Below are positions 39,711 through 48,760 of a DNA stretch of 64,000 nt, piece by piece (the first letter of the stretch is position 1; every line of letters begins with the position of its first letter). The translations under genes were made by a program, and so were the position numbers. Origin of the DNA: a virus. The stretch lies in the IMG/VR virus record IMGVR_UViG_3300035698_010154, positions 1 through 64,000 of that record; one strand, written 5' to 3'. The notes below the pieces were generated by a model that saw nothing but the letters and a program-made list of their open reading frames with translations, was not told the DNA's origin and searched no databases.

Positions 39711-39731
39711 TCAACTAATGGAGAATAATTA

Positions 39732-40655
39732 ATGGATAATCATCAAATAGATATGAAAGGAAGCATTCAAATAGAGAGTGTTTCAGCATTACCAACATGG
39801 ACATCATTAGACGAAAGAAGAATGATATATGCGGCTGATGTCGATAAAGTGTATTATGGATCTAGTACAAAATGGGAGAGTATCCTTAATAGTAGTTATT
39901 ATATTAGTGGGCATAACAAAGGATGGTATAAAAGACCATATTTCAGATGGGTTAGTAGTACTACTATTGAGATATATCCAGGCGCATATCACCATGATGG
40001 AACTACTGAGCAAATGGTTTACTGGAATGACAAATTAACGTTCCAATTGGGTTCTGGTGGTTCCAATGCAAGTTCGGAAAATTTAGGATCATCACAATGG
40101 CACTATATTTATTTAGATGATGCATCTATTGTTAGTAATGCTTCTGCAGAGCTTGATGAAACATGCTTTGTTAACTCAACAACCAATCCAACACTTGAAG
40201 ACACAGATGGATGTGGTATATATAATAGTACATCAAGATTAGTGTTTGCTGTGTATACTGATGCAGATAATAAGATTAAAGAGTTCTTTCAATGTGGTAA
40301 TTTTATACAATGGGCTGATCAAATACTTGTATTTAGTAACAGCATTACAACTTCATGGGCAGACCTAACAATGATTGTCCCAATAGTCACAAATGTAAAT
40401 ATAAGAACGCAATTAACATTGTGGAATATTGGTAATTCTTCTGGTTCCAATTCATTATATTGGAGAACAAATGGGCAGACCGCATCTACAGGATCATTTA
40501 TATCAAAAGTTAATCTTAATGATACAATATATACTGTTCTAAATGTCTGTGCAGACGACACCACAGGTAAAATAGAAATGAAAATAGATACTGGTACTGT
40601 AGGTAATAGTGTAAACGCATATACGAATGGTTGGTATTTGCCAGAAGGAATGTAA
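39732..40655 (+). CDS. Fibre/receptor-binding protein 5
   Basis: Paralog of 38793. Confidence 0.65.
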   Translation: MDNHQIDMKGSIQIESVSALPTWTSLDERRMIYAADVDKVYYGSSTKWESILNSSYYISGHNKGWYKRPYFRWVSSTTIEIYPGAYHHDGTTEQMVYWNDKLTFQLGSGGSNASSENLGSSQWHYIYLDDASIVSNASAELDETCFVNSTTNPTLEDTDGCGIYNSTSRLVFAVYTDADNKIKEFFQCGNFIQWADQILVFSNSITTSWADLTMIVPIVTNVNIRTQLTLWNIGNSSGSNSLYWRTNGQTASTGSFISKVNLNDTIYTVLNVCADDTTGKIEMKIDTGTVGNSVNAYTNGWYLPEGM

Positions 40656-40663
40656 TTTTTATG

Positions 40664-40692
40664 TTTACATTTAGTTAATTATAAGTTATAAT
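40664..40692 (+). promoter_or_regulatory. Early promoter
   Basis: GTTTACA-N17-TATAAT. Confidence 0.7.
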
Positions 40693-40731
40693 AATTATAG
40701 TTAATTATAGTTAATTTGAAGCTGGAGATAT

Positions 40732-41190
40732 ATGGAATTTAGAGACAAGAAGGAAAGGTACTATATAAGGAACAAAGATTTATTACCAGAGATAATAAAA
40801 TACAAAGATAGTGGGGATATTGGTGAAAAGTTAGGATTGATGATACAGCGAATAGCTATCAATTATTCTAACAGAGGCAATTTTGCTGGATACACATGGC
40901 GTGAAGACATGGTATCCGAAGCTGTTTTGATCTGCTTTAAATACATGCATAACTTTGATCCAGAGAAACAGGCTCGACCCAATCCATTCTCTTACTTTAC
41001 AACAGTAATACACAATGCCTTTGTTAATTATATAAAGAAGCAGAAGAAGCATAGTGATATAAAGGATGTGTGCTATAAGAACTATCATTTGATTGATGAG
41101 GAAAATGAGTTCTATCACTATGCCGTAAAGGGTATAGATTATCAAGTAATGAGAAGGAATGATATAGTCAAAAAAAAGAAAAAGAAATAA
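40732..41190 (+). CDS. gp55: Late-transcription sigma factor (T4 gp55)
   Basis: Y..NK.L, NF.GYT.REDM.SEA...C.KY..NFDPEK..NPF.YFT....NAF...I.K.KK. Confidence 0.92.
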   Translation: MEFRDKKERYYIRNKDLLPEIIKYKDSGDIGEKLGLMIQRIAINYSNRGNFAGYTWREDMVSEAVLICFKYMHNFDPEKQARPNPFSYFTTVIHNAFVNYIKKQKKHSDIKDVCYKNYHLIDEENEFYHYAVKGIDYQVMRRNDIVKKKKKK

Positions 41191-41199
41191 AGGATGTGT

Positions 41200-42186
41200 A
41201 TGAAGAAAATTGTGATGTTAGGAGACACACATCTCGGAATATACAATGATTCCGAGGTGTGGCATAATGTAACAAAAACATTATTCAAAGAAATTCATGA
41301 CTATTGTATAAAGAACGATATTGATACTATAATCCATGGCGGAGATTTTTTTCATAATCGTAAATCCACCAATACCAAGACATTAAACACCGCGCTAGAA
41401 ATAGCCGAAATACTCTCACCACTCAAAGTTAACATAATCGTAGGCAATCACGATACCTTTTTTAAAAATAAAATCCAACCAAATTCATTACAAATATTTC
41501 AAAAACATAATAATATAACAATAATAGATAAACCAATAAAAATTAATGACATTCTATTAGTTCCGTGGAACGCAGATTTTAATGATATTGAAGCAAAGTA
41601 TTGTTTCGGCCACTTTGCCATCAATGGATTCAATATGAATGATAACTATGTTTGTGATAAAGGATTAAAAGCATCAATTTTCAATAAATTTGAATTAACA
41701 TTTTCATCACATTTTCATTTACCCTCAAGGCAAAAAAATATAATATATCTTGGTTCACCACTTCAGCAGACATTCAATGATGTTGGTGGTGAAAGAGGGT
41801 ATTATACATTTGACAATGGTGATTTAGAATTTATAGAGTTCACTAAATATCCTCACTTCATAAAGGTGAACGCTAATGACAAGATATCAAAGGAGGTGGT
41901 GAGTGGTAACATAGTACGACTTATATTCACAGAGGACTATGGTGAAGGTAAGAATCAGCAAATAGTAGATAGTGTACTAAGCAAGACACCACTGCAATTG
42001 CACGTGGACTTCAAAATATCAAAAGAGGATTCTGACAAATACCAAGGAGAGGTAGACATTGGTATGCTAGACCACAGCGAGGTTATGGTAAGCTATATAT
42101 CGGATTATGAAACACCTAAGCACATTAATAATGCAGTACTAACTAAAATGATGTTAAAATTTAAAGAAGAGGCTCATGACTTATGA
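41200..42186 (+). CDS. gp47: Recombination endonuclease subunit (T4 gp47/SbcD/Mre11)
   Basis: GDTHLG, GGDFF.NR, VGNHD, GHF, SHFH, YLGSP. Confidence 0.92.
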   Translation: MKKIVMLGDTHLGIYNDSEVWHNVTKTLFKEIHDYCIKNDIDTIIHGGDFFHNRKSTNTKTLNTALEIAEILSPLKVNIIVGNHDTFFKNKIQPNSLQIFQKHNNITIIDKPIKINDILLVPWNADFNDIEAKYCFGHFAINGFNMNDNYVCDKGLKASIFNKFELTFSSHFHLPSRQKNIIYLGSPLQQTFNDVGGERGYYTFDNGDLEFIEFTKYPHFIKVNANDKISKEVVSGNIVRLIFTEDYGEGKNQQIVDSVLSKTPLQLHVDFKISKEDSDKYQGEVDIGMLDHSEVMVSYISDYETPKHINNAVLTKMMLKFKEEAHDL

Positions 42187-42365
42187 ACTATAGACGAATA
42201 AATATAAATTTAACAGAAAGAAATTGGTGTTCCTTTAGCGGAGTTTGTAAGAAAGATGTATGTACGACAAATGATTTATGTAGACATTGTAAGTATAAGA
42301 CACTTATTGATATACCGAGAATGATAGATAAAAATATGGAATTAATTAGGAAAGAGGCATAAGAG

Positions 42366-42716
42366 ATGGCTATAGCAACAGAATCAACATCATGGAGCAA
42401 TGGATTTGTTCAATGGACAGACCCAGCAACAGAATCAACATCATGGAGCAATTCATTTTCTGATGGATTTGTTCAATGGACGGACCCAGCACAAGAACTA
42501 CGTGATGAACTAAACAAAAATAAGAAACACATAGATTTTCTGTATAGAATAATCTATAAGCTTATGACTGATATCGTTATGAGGGTTGATATAACAATTA
42601 GTGATTCTTTAAAAGCCGAGTTACGGATCATGTTCAAACAAATTGATCACCTTGAGGGTAAGGAAAATTTGCCAGAAGATGATGGTTTTATAAAAAGTAA
42701 AGAAATGATGATATGA
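42366..42716 (+). CDS. Hypothetical protein with internal duplication
   Basis: ATESTSWSN..GFVQWTDPA twice. Confidence 0.6.
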   Translation: MAIATESTSWSNGFVQWTDPATESTSWSNSFSDGFVQWTDPAQELRDELNKNKKHIDFLYRIIYKLMTDIVMRVDITISDSLKAELRIMFKQIDHLEGKENLPEDDGFIKSKEMMI

Positions 42717-42718
42717 TG

Positions 42719-42747
42719 TTTACATTTTTCACCAAAAATTGTATAAT
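42719..42747 (+). promoter_or_regulatory. Early promoter
   Basis: GTTTACA-N17-TATAAT. Confidence 0.7.
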
Positions 42748-42787
42748 TAGACATTATTAAAATTGTTGAGAAAGGAGAAATTTGTTT

Positions 42788-43249
42788 ATGAGATTTGAAG
42801 AAGCACCAACAGAAGTGTATGAAATGATGAATGAGTGTAGAGAGGGATACTTTCCTACACTAGCTGGATGTAACATAAAGATAGTGTTCGATTTGAAAAA
42901 GAGAATGTCAGGTGGAAAGCTAGTGATGGGTTCATTACAGAAACCTAATGAGTTATTGAGGTTCTTTACAATTGATGAGTCTGGCAATGGTGAGGGATAT
43001 GATTATCTCATGCGGATAGACAAGAAGGCATGGACGGAAATCATGACTGCTGATGATAAGAAGAGATTGGTTCGCCATGAGATGAGGCATTCAGATGTGG
43101 ATTTCGACTCTGCTAATCCTTACAAACTAAGGGGCCACAGTATTGAGGACTTCTATTCTGAAGTGGCATTAAATGAGGACGATCCTCGATGGGGCGAAAG
43201 AGTTGCAGCGGCAACATTTTCGGCATATGAGATCGAAAGGAATGAATGA
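42788..43249 (+). CDS. Putative phage metallopeptidase
   Basis: LVRHEMRH (HExxH), H..EDF..E; AGGAG RBS. Confidence 0.7.
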   Translation: MRFEEAPTEVYEMMNECREGYFPTLAGCNIKIVFDLKKRMSGGKLVMGSLQKPNELLRFFTIDESGNGEGYDYLMRIDKKAWTEIMTADDKKRLVRHEMRHSDVDFDSANPYKLRGHSIEDFYSEVALNEDDPRWGERVAAATFSAYEIERNE

Positions 43250-43482
43250 TGGAGTTCTTATTAGGATGCTCGGTACTGTTCTTAAAGGCAACAGTTGGCA
43301 TGGCAATAATAACTACAATATCTTGTCTGATATTAATGTGTGTTATGTTTATATGTTACTTAATTAAATGTGAGAAAAATGATTGACCAGACTATCCTAT
43401 TTCCTCCTACTTTATATGATGGTTTGGGGCAAGGTGGTGTACGTCCATACACTGCCTTGCCAACTATAAAAGGTGTGTATAA

Positions 43483-43698
43483 ATGAAACTAGAAATTGAA
43501 TCTGTAGAATTAAAAAACTTCCTATCTTATGGAAGTCGAGTTCAGAAGATACCCTTCCTAAAGGGATTAAATCTTGTTACGGGTATCGACCTGGATCGCA
43601 AGAGGAGTAATGGATCCGGCAAATGTGTGAGAGCTGATACTCTTATAGAGATTGAGTCTACAGAAAAAATAATAAAAATTTTAAAAGAATACAAATAG
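43483..43698 (+). CDS. gp46: gp46/SbcC N-extein (47 aa) fused to split-intein N-part (24 aa)
   Basis: KNFLSYG...GLNLVTG...SNGSGK|CVRADTLIEI...*. Confidence 0.9.
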   Translation: MKLEIESVELKNFLSYGSRVQKIPFLKGLNLVTGIDLDRKRSNGSGKCVRADTLIEIESTEKIIKILKEYK

Positions 43699-43720
43699 CT
43701 ATAGTAAGGAGGCTATTTGT

Positions 43721-43902
43721 ATGACTAAGATTTATCCAACAGAACAAGGTAAATGTTTGTATATGGAGCATACTAACACTATATATTAACAATAAGAATT
43801 GATCACTTAAAAAAAGTGGATATAATAGTATGGGAAGATGATTGGACAAATAATAAAGAATTGGTGATAAAAGAATGTTGTGTGAAATTGGAAAAGTTGT
43901 AA
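43721..43902 (+). pseudogene. Decayed Vsr/PD-(D/E)xK-like homing endonuclease remnant
   Basis: AGGAGG + ATG 43721 (22-aa stub); downstream frame RIDHLKK...IIVWEDDWTNNKELVIKEC, LKKSGYN in an adjacent frame. Confidence 0.55.
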
Positions 43903-46295
43903 GATTATATAAAGAGCATCCAGAGTATAAAGGACAAATTTTTGTAAATACTCCTTATGGTATGAGACAAATAATTGATGCCGATGTTATTGAAAAAAAT
44001 TCCGAACAATTCAGGCTAGTAACAGAATCGTTTGAATTATTTGGATCTGGACTTCATAGAGTAAAATGTAATGACAATTGGAGATACTTAAAAGATATAC
44101 AAAAATGGGATTCTGTCAATACCATAAATGGTGAAGAAACAATACAAGAGTGTTATAAAATAGATGAAAAATGTGATCTATATGATATACAGGTAGAGGG
44201 TGTTAAACAATATTACTCTAATGGTATATTATCACACAACTCTTCATTTTTAGAATCCGTGCCTTTCGCCTTGTTCGGTCAAGTACATAGGAACATCAAT
44301 AAGAAGCAAATTGTCAACTGGAAGAACCGGAAGCATTGTGAAGTCTCGCTTGATTTCAGAGTAGGTGAAGATCAGTACAGAGTATCAAGAGCCATCAAGC
44401 CTGATAATTTTGAGATATACAAGAACTCAAATTTAATAGACAAGCCTTCTCATGTAAAAGAGTATCAAGCCCAACTGGAAGAGATAATTGGTCTAAATTA
44501 TAAAACATTCATGTCTCTTATCCACTCTAACATCAACTCATCGGCTAAAATATTGACAATGGGTAAGCCCGAGAAAAGAAAACTCATAGATATGATGTTC
44601 GGATTGACTGTGTATAAGGATATCTCTGACCTTGCAAACAAGAAACTGAGAGTCATAACCGAGAAACTGAGAGAGATAGAACTCACTGGCTCTTCAAACA
44701 CAGACAGGATAAGTGATCTAAAGAGTACAGTAGATGATCTTGAGTACAGGGCCTCAAAGAAACCAATTCAGTATACTCAACTCAAAGAGAAAGAAGAAGA
44801 GCTTGAAGAGCTGAACGAGATTATGGATGAGTCCAAAGAGGAGTTAGAGAATAAAAGGACTCTACTAGCTGGTGAAGAGAGTACACTAAAGTATCTTGAA
44901 GGCATAATAGTCAATGTAGACAACTCGGGATATAAGCTTGGCTTGAAGTTAAAGAATATAGATGAATTACTGCTGAAGTCCGTTGATGTCGAGAGGATCA
45001 AGAAAGACAACAAACAATATAATGAATCATTAGATTTGTTGAAAACAGAGTTTGGTTCACTAGATGAGATAGAGTTAAAGTTGAATAGTAAGAGAAAGGA
45101 AATATCTGAACTTGAGATAGAGATTGGTACTATAAAGAATAGTCTTGATACATTAGAGAGTGAAATGACAAGGCTTAAGAGAGACAAGATCAAATCGGCT
45201 GCCAAACTTGAGAAACTTGAATCGGATATATGCCCAACGTGTAATCAAAAGATAGCCGATGATTCGTTATTGAAAGAAGAGCGAAAGAAGATGAAAGTTG
45301 TTGATCTAAAGATGGAAAAGGTTAACGAGAAATCACTTCGACTCAATAATGGGCAACTAAAAAATAAACTAACTCTACCAAAGCTGAGTGGCACAGAGAA
45401 TACACTTGATGATGTTTATAAACAGATGATTCATATAGGCAATCATATAGTGAATGTTGACTTCTCAGATAACGTAGATGAACTGAAAAGCAATAAGACA
45501 AGGTATGAACGAACTAATGAAAAACTGAGTAGCCTACATAAGAGCCTTAGTACTGATAAGTTCGATGTAGGCAAAACCATATCATTGTTGACAGAGAGGG
45601 TTGAGGAACTACAGAAAAGAGTATCAAAGGTATATGATCTTGAGCAAGAAATAGTCAAGTTACAGGAATTCATAGAGTTGGAGCGGAAGAACCAACTAGA
45701 ACTAAAAACACTCATAGACTCAAACAAGAAAAAGATTGCAACCCTGAATAAGAACACAAGTGAGTCAGTCAAAAAGAGCGAAACATTGATGAACTTGAAG
45801 AACTATGTATCATGTATAAAGGATATATGCAAGGATGAGAATATAAAACAGTATGCCATATCATCCGTTATGCCTTATATCAATGAACGAGCTAATCACT
45901 ACCTGTCAAAAGTTAACTACTCATTCTATGTTATGTTAGATAAGTGGTTAGAAATGGAAGTAAAGGGCCCTGGTATAGTTAATGCATCCTATGGGTCGCT
46001 GTCAGGTGGCGAATCGAGAGGAATTGATATAGCGATACAATTAGCATTCCTTGATGTGTCGAAATTGAGAGCCAGCATATTTCCTGACTTTTTGACATTA
46101 GATGAGTTATTGGATTCTTCAATTGATAGTGGTGGCATCTCACAACTGTTTAAGATCATAAGCTTGAAACAAAAGAAGGACGATTCAAAAACTTTCATCA
46201 TTTCCCACAGGAGTGAGCTAGATGATGCCGATTTAATTGATAATGTTTATCACGTATCAAAGCGTAATGGTTACTCAACTGTGGAAATAAGATAA
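43875..46295 (+). CDS. gp46: Split-intein C-part (122 aa) fused to gp46/SbcC/Rad50 C-extein
   Basis: SGLHRV (block B), LYDIQV...YYSNGILSHN|SSFLE; coiled coil, CPTC zinc hook, LSGGE, LTLDE, ISH. Confidence 0.92.
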   Translation: MLCEIGKVVRLYKEHPEYKGQIFVNTPYGMRQIIDADVIEKNSEQFRLVTESFELFGSGLHRVKCNDNWRYLKDIQKWDSVNTINGEETIQECYKIDEKCDLYDIQVEGVKQYYSNGILSHNSSFLESVPFALFGQVHRNINKKQIVNWKNRKHCEVSLDFRVGEDQYRVSRAIKPDNFEIYKNSNLIDKPSHVKEYQAQLEEIIGLNYKTFMSLIHSNINSSAKILTMGKPEKRKLIDMMFGLTVYKDISDLANKKLRVITEKLREIELTGSSNTDRISDLKSTVDDLEYRASKKPIQYTQLKEKEEELEELNEIMDESKEELENKRTLLAGEESTLKYLEGIIVNVDNSGYKLGLKLKNIDELLLKSVDVERIKKDNKQYNESLDLLKTEFGSLDEIELKLNSKRKEISELEIEIGTIKNSLDTLESEMTRLKRDKIKSAAKLEKLESDICPTCNQKIADDSLLKEERKKMKVVDLKMEKVNEKSLRLNNGQLKNKLTLPKLSGTENTLDDVYKQMIHIGNHIVNVDFSDNVDELKSNKTRYERTNEKLSSLHKSLSTDKFDVGKTISLLTERVEELQKRVSKVYDLEQEIVKLQEFIELERKNQLELKTLIDSNKKKIATLNKNTSESVKKSETLMNLKNYVSCIKDICKDENIKQYAISSVMPYINERANHYLSKVNYSFYVMLDKWLEMEVKGPGIVNASYGSLSGGESRGIDIAIQLAFLDVSKLRASIFPDFLTLDELLDSSIDSGGISQLFKIISLKQKKDDSKTFIISHRSELDDADLIDNVYHVSKRNGYSTVEIR

Positions 46296-46483
46296 TGGTA
46301 CATAAACCAGAACCAAGCCTATGTGATACTTGCTCAAATGCATATATTGTTGAGAGTGGTACTGTATCAATGGGCACTGATAATGGTTCAATCACTTTAC
46401 CACAGAGGTACTGTTCTAAATTAACTATATCAATTCATTTTGGTGGAAAGCAAAAGTGTGATAAGTATAAAGAGGAGAAGTAG
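46295..46483 (+). CDS. Small Cys-rich protein
   Basis: CDTC...C...C. Confidence 0.55.
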   Translation: MVHKPEPSLCDTCSNAYIVESGTVSMGTDNGSITLPQRYCSKLTISIHFGGKQKCDKYKEEK

Positions 46484-46492
46484 AGGAAATTT

Positions 46493-47632
46493 ATGACAAC
46501 ATTAGAAGAACTCAAATCAGCCATTTCTCGTAATGTTAAAGGCGCCCATGTATCAGTACTATCGGAATCTGATATAGCAGTAAATAGATTTTGGGTAAAG
46601 ACACCAGCCCTTGATTTTAATAGAATACTATCTGGTTCACTATTCAAGGGTATTCAATCTCGTAATCTACTAGCTCTTGTAGGCCCCGAACATTCATTTA
46701 AATCATCAATCATGGTACAATGTATGGTAGCATCGCAGAAAGCAGGGAAAAAGTGTGTCATAATAGACACAGAGGGTGGCGTAAATGACGAATTTTGTAA
46801 AAGATGGGGATTGGACACAGATAATGTATTATATATATACACACCTTGGGTACATGAAGTAAAATCTGTAGTAGCACAAATAAAAGAATCGGGTGAAGAA
46901 GAGTATGTTATAGGAATTGATTCCATCGGTGGCTTAGATAGATATAAGTCACACACAGACGCTTTAGGTGGTGATCCTAAGGCAGATCAAGGACTTTTAC
47001 AAAAAGAAATTCGCGGAGTTTTGAAATTGTTGCTAAATATATGTATTGGACAGAATTCCATAGGTATCGTGAATGGTCATTACTATGGTAAACCATCAAG
47101 TGTTCCAATGCCAGATCAAATAGGTGGTGGAAAGGCAATGAAACTATTCCCTTCCATACTCGTAACTCTGAAAAAAGGTGTTATACATGAAACAAGTGCC
47201 AAGACATCGCCAGTCATTGGGACAAAAATAACAGCTACAACAGTAAAGAACAGAATATATCCACCATACCAAACAGCAACAATAATAGTAGACTACAAAA
47301 ATGGTCTAAATGAATATGGTGGTATAATGGAATTGGGTATGGAAGCTGGTTTGATAAAACAAGGTGGCTCATGGTTTTCATATGGTGAAGAAAAATTAGG
47401 TCAAGGTATCATAAATGCCATGGAGGGTCTAAAGGATCATCCTGATATATTAAAAAAGTTAGATAAGTGGTTAGAGGACACGGGATATTCTAAGACAGAT
47501 ATTGAGATCAAGGAAGCTATCGAGATTGTGGAAGAGGCTGTAGTTGTAAAAAAGCCAGTAGTTAAAAAGAAAGTCGAGACAAAGAAACCTATAAAGCAGG
47601 TAAAGAAATCATTAACTATAAAGAAGAAATAA
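46493..47632 (+). CDS. uvsX: RecA-like recombinase (UvsX)
   Basis: N.ILSG...G, GPEHSFKS (Walker A), IDTEGG, IDSIG, GGGK, KNR. Confidence 0.9.
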   Translation: MTTLEELKSAISRNVKGAHVSVLSESDIAVNRFWVKTPALDFNRILSGSLFKGIQSRNLLALVGPEHSFKSSIMVQCMVASQKAGKKCVIIDTEGGVNDEFCKRWGLDTDNVLYIYTPWVHEVKSVVAQIKESGEEEYVIGIDSIGGLDRYKSHTDALGGDPKADQGLLQKEIRGVLKLLLNICIGQNSIGIVNGHYYGKPSSVPMPDQIGGGKAMKLFPSILVTLKKGVIHETSAKTSPVIGTKITATTVKNRIYPPYQTATIIVDYKNGLNEYGGIMELGMEAGLIKQGGSWFSYGEEKLGQGIINAMEGLKDHPDILKKLDKWLEDTGYSKTDIEIKEAIEIVEEAVVVKKPVVKKKVETKKPIKQVKKSLTIKKK

Positions 47633-47776
47633 ATATGTATTGTCCATTGTGTTGTATAGAAATGGTGCCACAAAAAGATTTCATCAATATGAAAGAATGT
47701 CCAAATTGTGGTTACAAAGGAAATCCTGTTTCATTAGAATGGTATAATAAATTCGGTAACAAAGAAATAACAGGGG

Positions 47777-48088
47777 GTGAAAGTTAAAGTGGAATGTTTA
47801 AGCGAATGTGAATTTCAGAAATTTAAAGAGGGTAGTTTTCATTGTGGATACTATAATATGGATCTGATATACAGTATACAAGATATGGGCGATGATCTAA
47901 GAATTGTAAGATGTGAGGCATGCCAGAATGAAGATATAATTGGAAAGAACACAACACAGGAAAAAGCTAAGAAACTGAAGTACAGAATTGGCCTATTAAT
48001 GGATTCATTCTATTCCTTCAAGGATGATATAGAGTCTGAAGTAACGGATATATATAGAATCTTAAAGGATTTAGAAGATGAAGCTTAG
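47777..48088 (+). CDS. Hypothetical protein
   Basis: ORF track. Confidence 0.55.
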   Translation: MKVKVECLSECEFQKFKEGSFHCGYYNMDLIYSIQDMGDDLRIVRCEACQNEDIIGKNTTQEKAKKLKYRIGLLMDSFYSFKDDIESEVTDIYRILKDLEDEA

Positions 48089-48284
48089 TAACTGGAGATC
48101 ACTAAAGGTTGTAGAACATCCAGAAACATTAGAAGAAGGTGATTACTTTCTAATGGGTGAAAGAGTATCAGAACAAAGAGAAGGCAAAAAAATAGGTGAT
48201 AAAATATCATACTATAAATTATTGAAAAAAGGAAAGAGCATAGAATATGTACCATTGTATGATATGTTAGAGGAGGGAGATTAA
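48078..48284 (+). CDS. Hypothetical protein
   Basis: ORF track. Confidence 0.55.
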   Translation: MKLSNWRSLKVVEHPETLEEGDYFLMGERVSEQREGKKIGDKISYYKLLKKGKSIEYVPLYDMLEEGD

Positions 48285-48285
48285 A

Positions 48286-48759
48286 ATGGTAGACAAACAA
48301 GTATCAATGGTTGTAAAGATAGAGTACGAGATTGAAGATAACAGAGATAGGATATGGACAGCGTACATCATGGCATATTCACAGGACGAGGCAGTAAAGT
48401 ATCTTGCAAAGTTCTTGAAGAAGACTATAAAGGTAACTACTATTTCTCTTGAGGCACCAAGAGTTGATGCTATATCTGATAGTGTAAGAGCCGCTATATC
48501 TGGTACAATAGAACCAGAGGTGAAGAAAAAAAATAAGAAGAAGAATAAGAATAAGAATAAGAATGCCGAAAAGAAGGCTGATGTGGAGCCAAGTAAGGAA
48601 GATCTAGAAATCCTTGAAAAGACTAGAGCGAAAGTTTTAGCAGATTTGAAACAACAGGGTGCTGATATATATGAGGTTCCTGTAGAGAAAAAGAAAGAGC
48701 AATCGCCTAAAAAGAAAACAATACTATCAAAACCAATAAGCGTAAAAAAAGGAAAATAG
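48286..48759 (+). CDS. Hypothetical Lys-rich protein
   Basis: GGAGGGAG RBS. Confidence 0.65.
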   Translation: MVDKQVSMVVKIEYEIEDNRDRIWTAYIMAYSQDEAVKYLAKFLKKTIKVTTISLEAPRVDAISDSVRAAISGTIEPEVKKKNKKKNKNKNKNAEKKADVEPSKEDLEILEKTRAKVLADLKQQGADIYEVPVEKKKEQSPKKKTILSKPISVKKGK

Positions 48760-48760
48760 A

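Noticed and set aside
34532-40655. Diversity-generating retroelement acting on fibre genes
   Set aside because: No reverse transcriptase in the window and no TR/VR pair with adenine-specific mismatches; similarity is ordinary paralogy.
43696-43875. Stop-codon readthrough, recoding or group I intron joining the gp46 halves
   Set aside because: Halves are in different frames with several stops between; the 176-bp spacer lacks recognisable intron core elements; other genes end normally in TAG/TGA, so no alternative code is indicated.
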